Source: Acanthaster planci (lineage: Eukaryota). From it: a stretch of 64,000 nucleotides of DNA. The DNA is taken from assembly GCF_001949145.1 (NCBI RefSeq), contig NW_019091355.1, positions 1,635,107 through 1,699,106 of the forward strand, written 5' to 3'. Below, piece by piece: positions 1-14,200 of this stretch. The position numbers were made by a program, and so were the translations under genes. How positions within the stretch are numbered: position 1 is the stretch's first letter; every line of letters begins with the position of its first letter. Under the pieces are notes generated by a model. The model did no database searches. It was not told the DNA's origin and was given only the letters and a program-made list of their open reading frames with translations.

Positions 1-391
1 CTAACAAAAACGTGCTACACCATTGACTTTTGCATTTCACAATATTTTGTTACAAATGCTCATATCCTGTTATCAAGCATCAGAATTTTTTACTCTTTTT
101 TGTTTAATGACGATTGTCCCATGTCATCACAATATCAGTAACAGTTGCAGTTTTTCTTTTAGCCAGAGCAATGTCTTCACACCTCCAAAATGATTGGTTA
201 GAATGCATTATTTGTTTCCTGATCCATGTTCAAAAAGCCGCAAAATCTTTGAGTAATCCCTGTTCACCACTTTCTAAGTTGTATCGTGTCAAATTGGGGT
301 GTGATCCTTGGCTGTATGGTGATTCAGGTTCAATGGCTTTTGGCTGCCCCCCCCCCAGAAATATTGACAAATGGGAAGAGCTACCGACATA

Positions 392-495
392 GGGCTGGAT
401 AGCTCATTTGGTTGAGCACTGGTACAGTATTAATGAGGTTGCAGGTTCGAGTCCTCTTCCAGTCAATTTCTTTGTTCATCTGTATAATTATTATT
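392..495 (+). mobile_element. tRNA-derived SINE, family A copy 1
   Basis: A-box-like tagctcatttgg and B-box ggttcgagtcc, followed by ccagtcaatttctttgttcatct, which is shared with the copy at 32376. Confidence 0.7.
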
Positions 496-2265
496 GTTCG
501 AATGCAGTTTGATTTTTCCCATTTATGTCCCTAACAGTAGAGGCAATCAGCAGTGACAAAAGGGAAATATATGTACCACAAGATGTTTTCGAGTGTGTAG
601 TTGTGTTGGAAAAATCAGTTTTGTTGTCACTATTTATCTCTCACTGATGATTCTTTTTTTATTGATGGTGTCCACATTTATTTTTGTGTATTGTTTCCTT
701 CTCAATTGAGTATTTGAGTTAAAAATTTCCGCATGTCAGGGCTGACATTGTTAGTACCAGTATTGAAGTACAAATTTAACTTCTGACTTTAATCTTCGCG
801 ATTGTAAATGTCATTGATATGTTTTTACGCCATGTCACCAGGAGCAATTCTGCAACCCAGGTGAATTATTGGAGTTTTTATGCTTAGAGTACTGTATTGT
901 TGACTCCATCCTCTTTAGTAACAATAACAGGTGCATTTTCTGGAGTCAATTTGGTGAAAATACTTAACAGCATTTACAATTTGTACACTGTGTACCATGC
1001 CCAGATATGAATGGCCTAAAGGGCTTTTAGAGAATGGCAATTTACCTGAGTAGCAGATTGTGTAATATATGTTTAACATTGTTGTTTATGAATGTACTAA
1101 ATGCCATTGAAATTTAATTTATAAAATCTCATGTTAGACCAAGATATTGAAAATTGGTATTTTGAATGGAAATGTGTATGAGAAAAATTGACCAAGAAAA
1201 CAAATGGAACTTATTTCATTAGCCGAAGACATGCAATGCTCAAGAACTGAGTCGTTACTGCGCCGATTCCTATTTTAAAATCCTGATGGCTAATGGAAAA
1301 TTGCAGCTCACAGAGGAATATAAAGATTGAATAGTTACTGATTAATGCACTTAATATTTTATTTCCATCAAGATCACTAAAATGTTTATCAAACATAATG
1401 TTTCTCACCAGGATATATTTAATCACAATTGATGGACACCACCAAAGAAAAAGAATATTGCTTTTTTTGTATCGAATCTTTTTCAAAAGTTACATTTACC
1501 TTGAAGAATCCTTACCAAATAGAGTTCCAAAGAGCACAAAGAGTTAAGACTGAATTTGTTGGAGAATGTGAACCACAGATAATTCATTTTTCTTTTTTGG
1601 TTGGGCAACATAGTTTGCAGGGATGGGATTGGCCACTTCAAATTAAAGCTAACAAGAATCACCCAAAAGCTGGAATTAATGTAAAAGGTTCCCATACTCA
1701 GTACAGAGCAGGAGTATAAAAAAGCGTCAAATCTAGGCCAACATCTGAAACCCCAAAAGTTTAAATCAGCTAAACAGCTTAATTTGTTTTTGGATTACCT
1801 TTGGTGTTAATCAAGGAAACTTTAACATTGTTGGGATGCCTTACAATTTGTACCGAGAAGCGAATATGTAAGTGAATACTGGTTCTTTACCAAGTTGATT
1901 TCTGAGTAACAATGAGATTAAAGAATTGTGACCAGGTTGATTAATGACTATCAGATTAAACTGCATTAATCTCATATAAATCTTGGTGTACTATCTCTCA
2001 TTTAAACACACTCAGTACAAACATTGGTTTCAAGCAATGTTAAGAAGGTACACTAAATATACCAAACTAACTATTTTTGTATTATGATGATACATGGAAC
2101 GATTTAATAAATTTCTAACCTGTTTACACAAATCAAATGTATTTAAATTGACTTAGTTGCCTGCATTTCTTTGTGCAGGCTCGCATCACTGTGATAAACG
2201 AACATTCCCCAACCTAGTTATATTGTCCAACTCGGCCACCTTTTCCATGCTATACTGAAAAAAGC

Positions 2266-5200
2266 TTAGATGGTTTTACAGTGTTCACACTGGAAATGCA
2301 TCTGTGCTGCCTCTCTTGCTGATACCTTTAAATTTATGCATTCCTGATGAAACCACTGGCAGCATGTGCAACAGCAGATCCACTTGATTTTCTGAAAAGT
2401 AAATGGATGATGATCATAACGTCAAACACTCCATTCACTCTGTTTATCTTTGTTTACATTTTTTCAATACAAAGGATTGCATTTCTAAAATCGGGCGCAC
2501 CTTGTGTTGTTTCCGTGTTCTTTTTGTGGGGTTCAGCTTCTTGCATTTTCCACACATATTCTGCTGAAAGAGAGAACAGAGAAGTAGGGTCACATTCAAA
2601 ATACATACTTGAGTAATTGTATGCCCTGACCAATTTATCACATATATGTTTATGTTTTAATAATGCCTTGACCTGATCAAACCCTCCTCATGATTACATT
2701 TCTCATCGGATAAAGTCATTTAGGCGTAGCATTTGGTACGTTATGAAAAAATACTTTGGCCAGTTTATTTGCACTGTCAGTGGTGACACATAATTAGCAA
2801 TTCAACCCGTGAAACAATGCCAGTTTAATCATTATCTCTCATGGACTCTGCTAAGAAAATTACTCAAAATGAAAGAAAACAAAATCAATGTTTACTTACA
2901 TGTTTTACAATCAATTACTACTTTTGTATCGACAATGAACTTACCAGCTCGGTGTCCACTGGTTGAACTTTACAACGTTCACTGAAAAATAATATTGGTA
3001 CACCAGAAGGAAGTACTTTAAGATGCGTCTGACACAACAATCTAATAGGGAAGGATGTGTTGATTGTTGAACATGATAGTACAAGTAAATGTATATAATT
3101 TGAAGCTTTCACTTGAATACTGAAGCCTGAAATTGTGTTACCTGAGTTCATTATGGTGAAGACTCTTTGAAAACAGACGTCGAGTAGCTTGCTGGAGAGA
3201 GACTGAAGTGTCTTCCTTTGATACTGTGTCATGATTTTTAAAGTGTAAAGCGAAATGACTGTCAGTATGAATGTCCAAAACTATTTGCTTCATGTAAATG
3301 GTGAAATGAAACTGTACATTTTTTTAATACATTTAAGGTGGTAAAGTTTTCATTGGCATTCTTTTCAATAACAATGAAAGCACTGTCACAAACGACTGTT
3401 CAATTTACAGTCAGATGCTGCGCTAAAAACCATTACAAAAATCCATTATTTTAACATACTGATGGTTTACTTACCGTCTGTCTCATGTTCATGTGCTTCC
3501 TCCTGCACATCCCCTTCTATTGGCTCATCCTCTCTGTCTTCTCCTGCTTTCAATTTATCACCTGCATTTTTGGTTGAATGTATAAATCTTAGTTTTTCAT
3601 TGTTAAGCATGCACAGATTTAATAGATTTCAAATGAATCAAAAAATAATAAAACTTCAGAAACCATTAAACTAGACAGTACCCAATGTGACCAGAATGAT
3701 TTGTTTGGTCTTCTTTTTAAACCGTTCTCCAACATGCTCTTGCAGTTAAAGGTGTGTTGTTAAAGACAATTGGAGTTTTTCAGTTGCATGTTGGTGGCAA
3801 ACAAACTGGTCCTTTTCTATTTTTGTGCATGTGGTTACAATTGCATGTCCACATTATCCAAAAGGACCACCGTGTCTGCCCCCACCAAGTTTCCTAAACT
3901 CTCCCAATCAATCCAAAGTTAGATGTTCACTTTATCACAATGTACAATGAATACCATTGCACATAAGGCCAAACAAAATAATAGTTTTGCTTCCTATTAC
4001 ATTGAAAACAAAATGGTTGGCAGGTAGGTTGTAGTTTTTTTCCCTTTAAATTGAAAGTTACAAATGTTTATGTTGGGTTTGATTGTCTACTGTGTACTCC
4101 TGCTGCTGTTTTTTCTCGGTGGATTTAACTTGAGGAACGGTCTGGTAAAAGAATTTGTCCAAGTAACTGAGAAGATTTAGGGTTGGCACAATTTGCTATG
4201 TCGCGGCTGGTAAAAAGAAGTGCAACTATTATTTTTTTGCGTAACATTAATGGTTTACTTACCACCAGTCTCTTGTCCAGTTTTTTCCTCCTGCATGTCC
4301 CCCTCTACAATAGGCTCTACCTCTCTACCCTCCTCTGGTTCCATCGTGCCACCTGCATATTTTGTAAAATATTGAGATTGTATTTGGCAATGGGATCAGT
4401 GTACATATATTTCAGTTCCATTCTGGTTCTTTTTATCATGTCATTATGTTTTGACTTGTGAGGCAACAAACTAAAATAGAAATGAACATTAGCTTTCCTT
4501 TGTTTACCAATTGACTCCCTGTGATTTAGACTCAGCATATAATTCCCTAAAAAAGCATGTGAAACCCTATTTTAAAGAATAATGGGAAGATGATTCATTG
4601 CGAAAAGATTTTCACAAAGGAAATGTCCTTTGGACTTGGAAATTTGTCTGCCCATTTTCCTTATTTGCAGCTTCAATATGTTTCTACAGAATTTATAACA
4701 GAATAACTCAACTCCTAAACCTAACAATTTCCAGGGTGAAAAAATGTATTATGGTTATTTTTCAATCTCAACTCCACCTTGTTCTTTAACTGAAAGCTGT
4801 GTTGGAAAAGACAATGGGGAACTTGGAGAGGGCCGGGGGGCAGACAAATTGCTTCTTTTCCACCTTAGTGAACGAATACATATGCCCGGAATTCATTGCA
4901 CATGGCAAATCATCCAGTAGGGCCACTGTGTCTGCTGGCACCAAGTGTCCCAAACTCTCCTATTCCATTACAGTCAGATGTTACAATGAAAACCATTACT
5001 CAAATCCAGTGTTGTAATATATCAGTGGTTTACTTACCATCTGTTTCCTGTCTAAGTGCTTCCTCCTGCATGTCCCCTTCCTCAATTTGATCAGTCCCTC
5101 TTTCTGCTTGTGCTTTCATTTTGCCATCTGCATATTTTTTCAATGTATAATTCATATTTTGCCACTGTGATACGTATCTTTTAGTTACCAATCTGGTTCA

Positions 5201-8200
5201 TTTCATTGTACAATTTGATTTTCATTTGTTGGACATTAAACTGAAAAAAAGTTGAAACATGCATGATATTTGTTTTCCTGTATTGATTAATTCCAAGTGA
5301 TCTATGCTAATTGTTTCACTTACACCTCTAAGTACACATCCGTATAATGTAAAGAGTACGTGAAAAAAACCATTGCCAAAACGGGCACTCACAGGAATTT
5401 CAATTTGTAGCTTGAACTTAGTCTCTACTTATTACTTAATTACAGATTCAATGTTTCAACTGAACCTATATTAAAATGATTAGAATAAAAAATCCTTTTG
5501 CATTTAGTTTAAACACTTTGACAAAATCCATTCTTCTGACAATCTTTCCTGTTGATGCTTTGAAATGGTCTGACAATGAAAGCAATATTAACAAGGGCAA
5601 TGGAACCTTTTGAGATAAAATGTGGCAGCAGAAAAACCAGTCCTTTTCCAAGTTTGTGGACATACTTTATCATAATGTACACTAAGACTATTGCACCTAA
5701 TCCAGTCTTGGGATATACACATATTAATGGCTTACCACCCGTCTCACGCTCCAGCACATCCGCTTCTTCAATGCGCTCCGCCTCTATATTCTCCTCTGGT
5801 TCCATCGTGCTGCCTGCATGTTTTTTAAAAACACAAAACTAATACTCGCAGATGTGTTCCTAGCACAAATAAATAAACACGCGAATGGTTGTTGTGACAA
5901 CAACAATGCACATGTTACAATCGGTTAATGTGCACATACTATTTTGTCTTTCACTTTAAATTGTTCATTTTTTTTAAAAAAGCTTTATTATCAATTCTTA
6001 AATGGACATATACGGAAATCCAACAAGTACAGATTTTTTTACTGAATTTATTTCTCATTTTCTATAATAGTTTCCAAATTTGATGACCAAATTTGATCCA
6101 CATACACTTAAGAAAATAGTTTCTGATATATAAATTTTACAGAAATGGTCGAATGCTATTTTCCACAGCCATAAGTTATACATGTATGTGTGCAGACACC
6201 TTGTAGATAATGTGCCCTCAATGTATAAATTCAAATATGATATTGTATATAAACTTTTAAAGCAAAAATCTACTCCAAAAAAGTCATTACCCTCCTCTGT
6301 GATCCCTTCTTGAGTCTTTATCTGGAAGGCTGAAGAGAAAAAAAATTGTCATATCATATCAATTTCAAGTTTCATATCATCTTCCTTTCATTGCTTTTTG
6401 AAATTATGATGTATGAGTTTTTATGCCTGCACTGGAGAATCCATAGAACTGATACATGTATTATTGTGCAGTGGTTAATCCTTTTCTCCTTCAAATTTTT
6501 TTTAATGTTATTTTTGGTGAATTTTTTCAATTGGTTTAAATTATTGGCAGTTAATATTGTTAACTACTGAGTCAGGTGCCATGTAATTGTCTTACTCACT
6601 GTAAATGAGGATACAATATACTTCTTGAGATTGCTTCAACATGGGGAGTCTTCCAAGTGTGGCAAATATCGAAGAGAGCATAACACAAATTAACACAACT
6701 GAATAAGAATTAGTTTGTGGACCCAGAAACTTATTATACAACCATATATATGTAATATGCATCTAGTAACTGTCATGCACATTACTATAACTTTCTATGG
6801 CTTTTTAATGCGTTCTAAGAATGGGTTCTTTTACAAAACACATAGCGTGCATGTTGATTTGTGTAAGCTCCACTTAACACTGTACAACGGAGAAGTAAAA
6901 GGAAAATCAAGAGGAGTGGTCTATGCACATACAAATGTGGCAACCACACCTTTTTGGTCACATGATTTGTACTAATAGTTTGAATTCTTTACTTCGATGG
7001 AAAGTGTTGGCTTAAATTACAACTGAAGATGCAATTGATGATAACAAGTATACTTGTAAAACATTGGTAATCTGATATGAACAGATTTTTTGAAGGGCAT
7101 TGGAGCAGTAACAAAATTTTCAATTCCTTTCGCTATTGGCAAACTGTAAAGGACAGGCATTTTTACAGTACAGTAGAGTAATCAACAAAGTCAGTGGATT
7201 GAGCACAGAAAATATAAACTTTTTAAATGGATACTTATCTCGGTTGAAAATGTAAAATTCACAGGGATGTTGGGCAATGAAAGTGCTGTTTTTTTATGTT
7301 GCATGGAACAGTTCAACTAATGAAATATTACAAAATGTCTTAAAGAGTACGCTCAATTGCAGCATCCTGTATATGGTGCACTTTGGCGTGAATCATTAGT
7401 ATGGTATCTCGATTTGGCTGAACAATTGACTAATATCATTTAGCATAGCACAGTGCAAATGCATGAAAAGCAAAACTGCGGTCGAATCGCCAGGCAGGGT
7501 AAACAAATTTGCACCACTTTGCATGTCAAAAGCATGAATGAAGTAAGCAGAGGTGTGTGGAGAAATCCCACACTGGGACAAATTACAAGTGTATACAGTA
7601 GTTGCAGAAACTTTACTGCAGAAACTGAAAAATTTCAGGAAAGGTTCACTTACCGTCTTCAATTTCTGATAGCTGTATGCGGGAAAACCTGGCAAAGGGT
7701 ATCCATACACATCTTCTGTTCCTGGGTCCCGATGAGTTCCCTCCTCTTCTGCAAATCCTTTGATGAGTTGACTCTATGTTTAGGAAAACCTGAATAGTTG
7801 TCATCATGGGATCTGAAGCAATCGCCTTTTTACAAGCCTCCTTTGGTGGGTGAGGGATCTCTTTGGCATCTAGCATATCCATTAGTCGGGCAAGGTTAAA
7901 TGCCAAGCCTTTGCTGAGTTGATACTCAACCTTCGGATTTATGGCAGTCAAAAGCTGAAAGAACATAGTTCTAAACTTAGTTTACTTAAAGTTCATACAT
8001 TAAAGAAAAACACGTAAATTAATTGCCAAATGTAGTGTTTGTGGTCAGAACATAATTTGGAAGTTAAAATAAGCCATGTATGCATTTCAGTTGTATTTTC
8101 ATTGTATTTATACAAATACAACATTTGGGGGTTTGTAATGATTTTGAATTAGAAAAATCATTCACACTTTGTGAATTTTTTGTGAATGAAACAATACTGC

Positions 8201-11200
8201 ATGTTGTGAGTTGCGCGCGCGTTTATATGTTTTTTGTTTCTTTGGCCAACACGAAACCGTCAAAGGTTGAAGCTCAGGCAGTAGAATCCTCATGTTGATT
8301 GAAAGTGTTATTTTCATGTATGAGCGTCATTGATTAAAATATGCAGTGACAGCGAGAATCCTTGTTTGGGTATTACCTCTCAGAGGCCCAACACTCTTGT
8401 TGCATCGATGATCAAACCGGCAATGTCCGCAATGTCTTTGCTGGGTGATGGGAACCCTCTCATTTTTGCACTCCCAACCTGGAACTGTTCAATGCCATGG
8501 GTAACAATTGTACTGTTGAAGAATTCCGTAGCGAGGTCAGGTGGGTAGCTTTGAAGATTAGCCTTCCGTAGGAGCTATCATGTATGAAATGGATGTGAAG
8601 ATTACTGACAATGTTAGTAATCACACGACAGAAGTTGCGTGCAAAATTCTTTTGTGCCGTAAAAAGACTCTCGCCAAGTAATGGGCCTACTTCAACTGAA
8701 ATTTTACTAACTTAAGGGGAAAAATAGTTGTCTTTAAATAGAAGACAATAATTTGTCCCCCAATAACTGTAAACCACAGAAACGGGAGGCTCAAATCCAG
8801 AAGATGTCACCCAGAAACAGCTAGATTCAACAATTCAATCAGTTACACATGAAAACTTTGAAGGCATTCATGACCTAGAAGTGTTTTTAGTGGAATGAAC
8901 ATGATGTGTAAAAGCATAAGGAAAATTCAAGTGGTGCACAAACCACTGCATTTTTATACAAAAGGCAACCATAAAATCTCTGCTACTACCTAAATTCTTA
9001 ACAACTCATGTCAACTACATAATTCAGTCTGATTCAAAGATCCTTTTGGAGCCGCATGATTGAGAAAGGGTGTAGGGACATGCATTATATATAAAACAGA
9101 CCATAATAATATCTGGAAATGAAAATTTGATAAACCCCACTAGTCTCCTTAATTTTAAAAATCCATGCTTATTTGTAGATAAAGGCGAGAAGTGATTGAA
9201 TTTCTAACAACAGGGACAGTACCTGCTCCATTCCCTAAAATTTATCCCAAACCTGTGAATCTAAAAGGGTCATGTTGTGACAGACCAAGTACATAGGAAA
9301 ATATCATCAGTCTAAAGTAGATAAGATTCACAAGTTATGTGCATACGTACGTATTCAGTTAGAAACAGAAGTATCCCATAGGTCAGATGTAAGCGGTCAT
9401 CTGCATCTGTGAGATGGGATAATGCTCTTGCTACAGCAACTCTACTTGTCTGGGAGATTTTTCTTCTGTTTTCTCTCATTTCCACACCAGCTGCAATAAG
9501 CACAGGCATACGCTGCACAGCAGAGTTTTCGAGTTCGTGTCTGTTGCTTTCTGCCTGAAATTGACGCTCGTCACATCTTCTTTGTGTACTGAGAAATGGT
9601 ACGATCACCGCCCTTGTCATCTCACTGTAAATTAAAAAGAATTGCTCAGGTACCTTCAGTGTAATTGAAGTATTTTTTTTGTACTGTCCATCTTGCTAAA
9701 AACAATTTAAAAAATGGATTTTATAATATGACATAAAATATGACAACAACATTTCAAGAGATCCAAACCACATTTTTAAAAACTACAATGATTTCTTGGT
9801 GTGAGTTTGTTTCCTTCTAGTCCAATTTCAACCTGAATAGAACAGTGTTGTCCATTTAAAGGATTATCCAATTTATCCGGTTATATCAATGTATGTGGGC
9901 TTTTAAAATCATTCTGGATTTTAAAACCATGATTTCTATTATTTCAACAATAACTGACAAAACTTTTTTCAAAACTGGATGACACTTGCATAGAGACCCC
10001 CGTCTGGAAAGATTTATTGATTTTGTTGATCATTTTACCTACCGCTCACATCCAGCCAATTTAGAGAGAGCAAACCAGTTTGCACTCACAACAGGACAAC
10101 ACTTTGGAGTTGCTTCCACTGAGCATGTCGCATCAACCCCAGCATTAAAGTACTTTGTCATCAAGCCCTTAATACTTGCAGGCTCAGCATCGTCTATGAT
10201 GACTGGGATAGAGGAAGAAGCAGTTGCCTTTGGCAAGTATCTCTCACGTGCATACCCAAGTAAAGCATTCTTCGCCCCTGTCATTTTAGATGCCATCCGG
10301 CAAGAGGTAGTTTTGCCTGGAAATGTACATTTCACTGTCTGTTAGCTCATATGAAAACCAGTGAAATAATCCAACGTAACAATAACAATTTCAGCAGTTG
10401 ACATGTAGCTCGTATTTTTGCACTATACTGGTTTTGTGATATGGAAAAGGTCCCCAGATGTATTCCAGACTTTGACAACACTAGTGTTGTCAAAGTTCTC
10501 AACTTAATGAAACTGTACTTATTTTTATACACGAATTGCAATATTTCGTTTTGAATACAACAAAAAGCATGATGGCAGCTTGATGACTTTTGGTGGGCAC
10601 CAAGGATGCCTTTTCATGTAAAAAATCTATGAATATTGTTAAACCCTTCTTCAATTGGTAACGTGACAGAAAAATGTTCTACAAATTTCTAAACGACAGT
10701 GTGCAAAATGATTGGCACTAACCTGTATTTATATCCCCGATAATAATTGGCACCGGGCAGCACTTATACAAATCTATTACTGTCTCATAGTGCAAGGACA
10801 TGCAGACACATGCTGAAAAACCAATATAATGGTTCATCGTTAGAGTTCCTCACAAACATAAATCAGGAACGTCAGCTTGTAAGCATACCTTCTCTGTAAT
10901 CATGGTTATTCAACATTATAATATAACTTCATAATCTCTTGAAAGAATTTAGACTAAAAATACAAATGAGCTAGCAATAAATCAGAATAGTAGCCAAATC
11001 CAACAAGAAATAAAAGAAATTTCACCCCTTAATGTTATTATAACCTCCACAATTCCAACTGACAAAGTGCAACAGACTGGAGTCATCGGGACCGGGCTAA
11101 CAAAATAAATTGTGCCTCAGGTCTTACACTTACAGTTGTTCAAAGCAACCAAACAATTTCCTTACCTACAGTGAAAAATGCGGCCATCGCATTTTCGTGC

Positions 11201-14200
11201 AACGTTTCTGCCAACGATAGAAACACATCTCTCAGAACTTGCTCTGAATTGGCATTGTTGAAATGTTCTGGCACTTCTAGGTTGCTTCCTGACATTGGAA
11301 GGAGTTTGTCTACCCAGTAGTACATCTGTCTTTCTGGTGGTATCTCCTCTCCATGCGCATCTAGCTGGAGAGTAGGTGACAGAACCCAGATGTCTTCCTT
11401 TGGCTGTTTGCCAACGCAAACAGCCGCCGGCTGCGTTGTTGGTATTCCTTCCTCTGTACACCGCCTGGAAATAGGACCATAGGGTCATTCTATGAGGTAG
11501 GGTCACAATTTGTAACAGTGTCTTGGTTGGATGGGTCAGTCTAAAAAAACTCACTTCTGTGTTTAGTCTTGATATCTACCAATGTCAATTGAGAACCAAA
11601 TGCAGGGAAGTAGCATTTCGTTTTTACAAACCCGTGTAACAGTGGCATCGTTACACATTGTGCCCCCAACCTCATGGAATGACCCAAGTAGTTAGCTCAT
11701 TCGATTTTGATGTATCATCAATGTAAATGCCACTTCGTACCGTACAAACCAGCTGATACGCAATGTTATTGTATTTAAATAAAGTGATCCAAGTCATTCG
11801 ATTTAAGTCATAACAAGTTTCATTTCTCTCATCTTAAAGAAGGTTTTCAAGTAAAAACATAATTATATCTCTTTCTGTGAGGATGGGGGTAGGAGTGTTT
11901 GAACCTAGAAGACATGTTCTAAATGTGACATGCCTATGGCCTGCGTGGCAGGTTCGTCAAAATCATACACCATTAGGATGAGGTTCAAATTCATTTTTCT
12001 GTTATTTATGCGCTTTATGCCAGCGAGCGAATTTCCTAGGTCTGATGAATTGAGGGGAGTAATTGCTCAGGTTCCGAATACTGAAGTCTATGTCCACATT
12101 TCTTCTTAGGCTTATTTCAAAAAATTCAGTCAAAGTGGCCAACGACGTCCACATCTCGGACTTAAAGAAGGCCACTGCGGTAAAACCTACCGGGCATTTG
12201 CATTTTTTTAAAATTAATGTTGAAAAAGTTTGCGGTAGGCCTACCCGCTGCTTATCATGAATCGGACCGGCCAGCCGACCCCGGCAAGCTCAGCGGTCGA
12301 GTGGTTAAGATGTCAACACCTGCAAGCAGGAGGTCGCGTGGGTTTGGAGTCCCACTCGAGTCTTAAAGCCCGTGTGTTTTTCACAAGCTATCGGACAGGG
12401 ACTGAGCATACAGTGTTTATCAATATACATGTATACGTTGGGTAAGGGCAAAACAAGTTATGAAAATTACATAGTATCTGTTTTCCTTCCTCCATGATAG
12501 GATGAAATACTTCTGCAGCAATTTTGCATGCATATTTGTGTTAGGATATGGTAATATTTACAACTATTAAATCTTAATCTCGAATTAAAAACACTGTGTG
12601 TCGTTGGTCATGAACTATTTTGTCGTAATAGGCCTAGTCTGATACTAGTGGTTAGGTCGGACTTAGTGCTTCTTGGTCGCCTCATTTAGACAAACCAACC
12701 ATGAAATGACAGGGCCTATGTGTTAATATTTGCCTCTTATTTCAGTTTAATGATTATTCATCTCAAGTGTCCCTCGTAACCAAGTGACGCAAATCGATGC
12801 ACATTCATGAGTACAGCTTCATTTTGTCAACTCGATTATGCAACGGAGGCGTCATAAGATTTTTGTTATTTGGTTGTTTACATATCGTTTTGGTACTACC
12901 AGGATGTGAGAAGCATATCAGCAGACCATAGGCACTAGTACCCACGTATAACGCGCCTTTGCACGACTCGGCCCTCATGACGAGAAGACAAAAGTTCTTC
13001 GTTTCAAATTTGAAATTGTGACGTCTCTAACGCAAATGCTGCGCGAGTATTTGATTTATCACGGCAGGAATTTAAGATTTGAAGCGGGCATAACTCACCT
13101 GTAGAACTTCTCTACCTCACACAAAAAGAATTCCTTTAATTCACTCTTGCTGAATGTGTGAAGGAGTCCGCCACAGCCAGCTCCTTCGATGCCAAAAGAC
13201 TGTGAAAGTTCCGTCGTGAACTTATCCAAGCCAGCTTGAATGCAGGAGTGCGTGATGAAGCACAATCTGGTAAAAATGTTCGGTAGCTTATCAGAATTCA
13301 GGTTATATGAACACAAAAGTAATCAGAGGCGTTGTATGTCAGCACAAATGCATTTACGTTGGTCGATACGATTCATCGACCATTCATGAGAAAATAAAAA
13401 ATTACTTATTCCAAACACCGAAATGTTTTTGGCTATGCAAAAACAAGTTTCAGAGGTTACAAACCCACCATTGATTCTTATTCGTAGATTACACATTTTC
13501 ACAAATCAATTTAATTTCAAACGTTACCGCTAAGAGTTTTTAAATTGACATTCAGAAAGACTTTACAATTCCTGTGCGCACGTGATTACCTGTCACAAAT
13601 CCAGCTTGGATAAGGAATTTATAGCAAAACCAAGAACTAGTTTCAATAGGCCCGTGCTACCAAAGCCATTGCTTCAAGTTCAAATGGGTGCATAATTACT
13701 AAATCATTAGTATAGAACTAGTACAACAGTCAGGATTGGTCTTGGATGGCACAGATCAATTACAATTCCAGAAGCCGGGGAAACGACAATTTCAACTCAG
13801 GTGATGCCATCAAGTTTATAAGAATCTCCGCCACATCACTATGCAAAGCCTGACCGATAATCCTTTTTTGAGATTTACGACACAAATGAGGCTACCCCGG
13901 CCCGCGGCTGCCCTCTCATGGGCGCCGTTGACTGTGATATTGCTAGCCGACAGTATTCGTAAACAAGTTATCTTTGTCCTTGCTCCATGATTAAAGCCTC
14001 TTCTTCTTTTTACAGCGGGTTTTAAAAAGACTATCGATGGTCAAGGTATAAGGATAATCTGGGACTTAATTCTAGTTTATTATCAAATACTTCTGCCGCC
14101 GCCGCCGCATCCATCAATACAATCAATATGATGTTTGCCAACCCAACGAGCCATGTTACTTTAACACCGAGGGACGATATCGCGCAAAAAGTTCTCTTTC

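Noticed and set aside
392..465. Apparent tRNA genes here and at 32376 and 41611
   Set aside because: Cloverleafs are degenerate and run into shared downstream body sequence, so these are SINE heads.
1..2260. Possible plus-strand terminal exons (about 1222-1330 and about 2179-2258) of another gene
   Set aside because: No consistent exon chain or recognisable domain could be built.
11162..11554. 130-aa ORF (MSFFRLTHP...)
   Set aside because: Wrong frame; splice phases select the overlapping frame RCTEEGIP...MYYWVDKLL.
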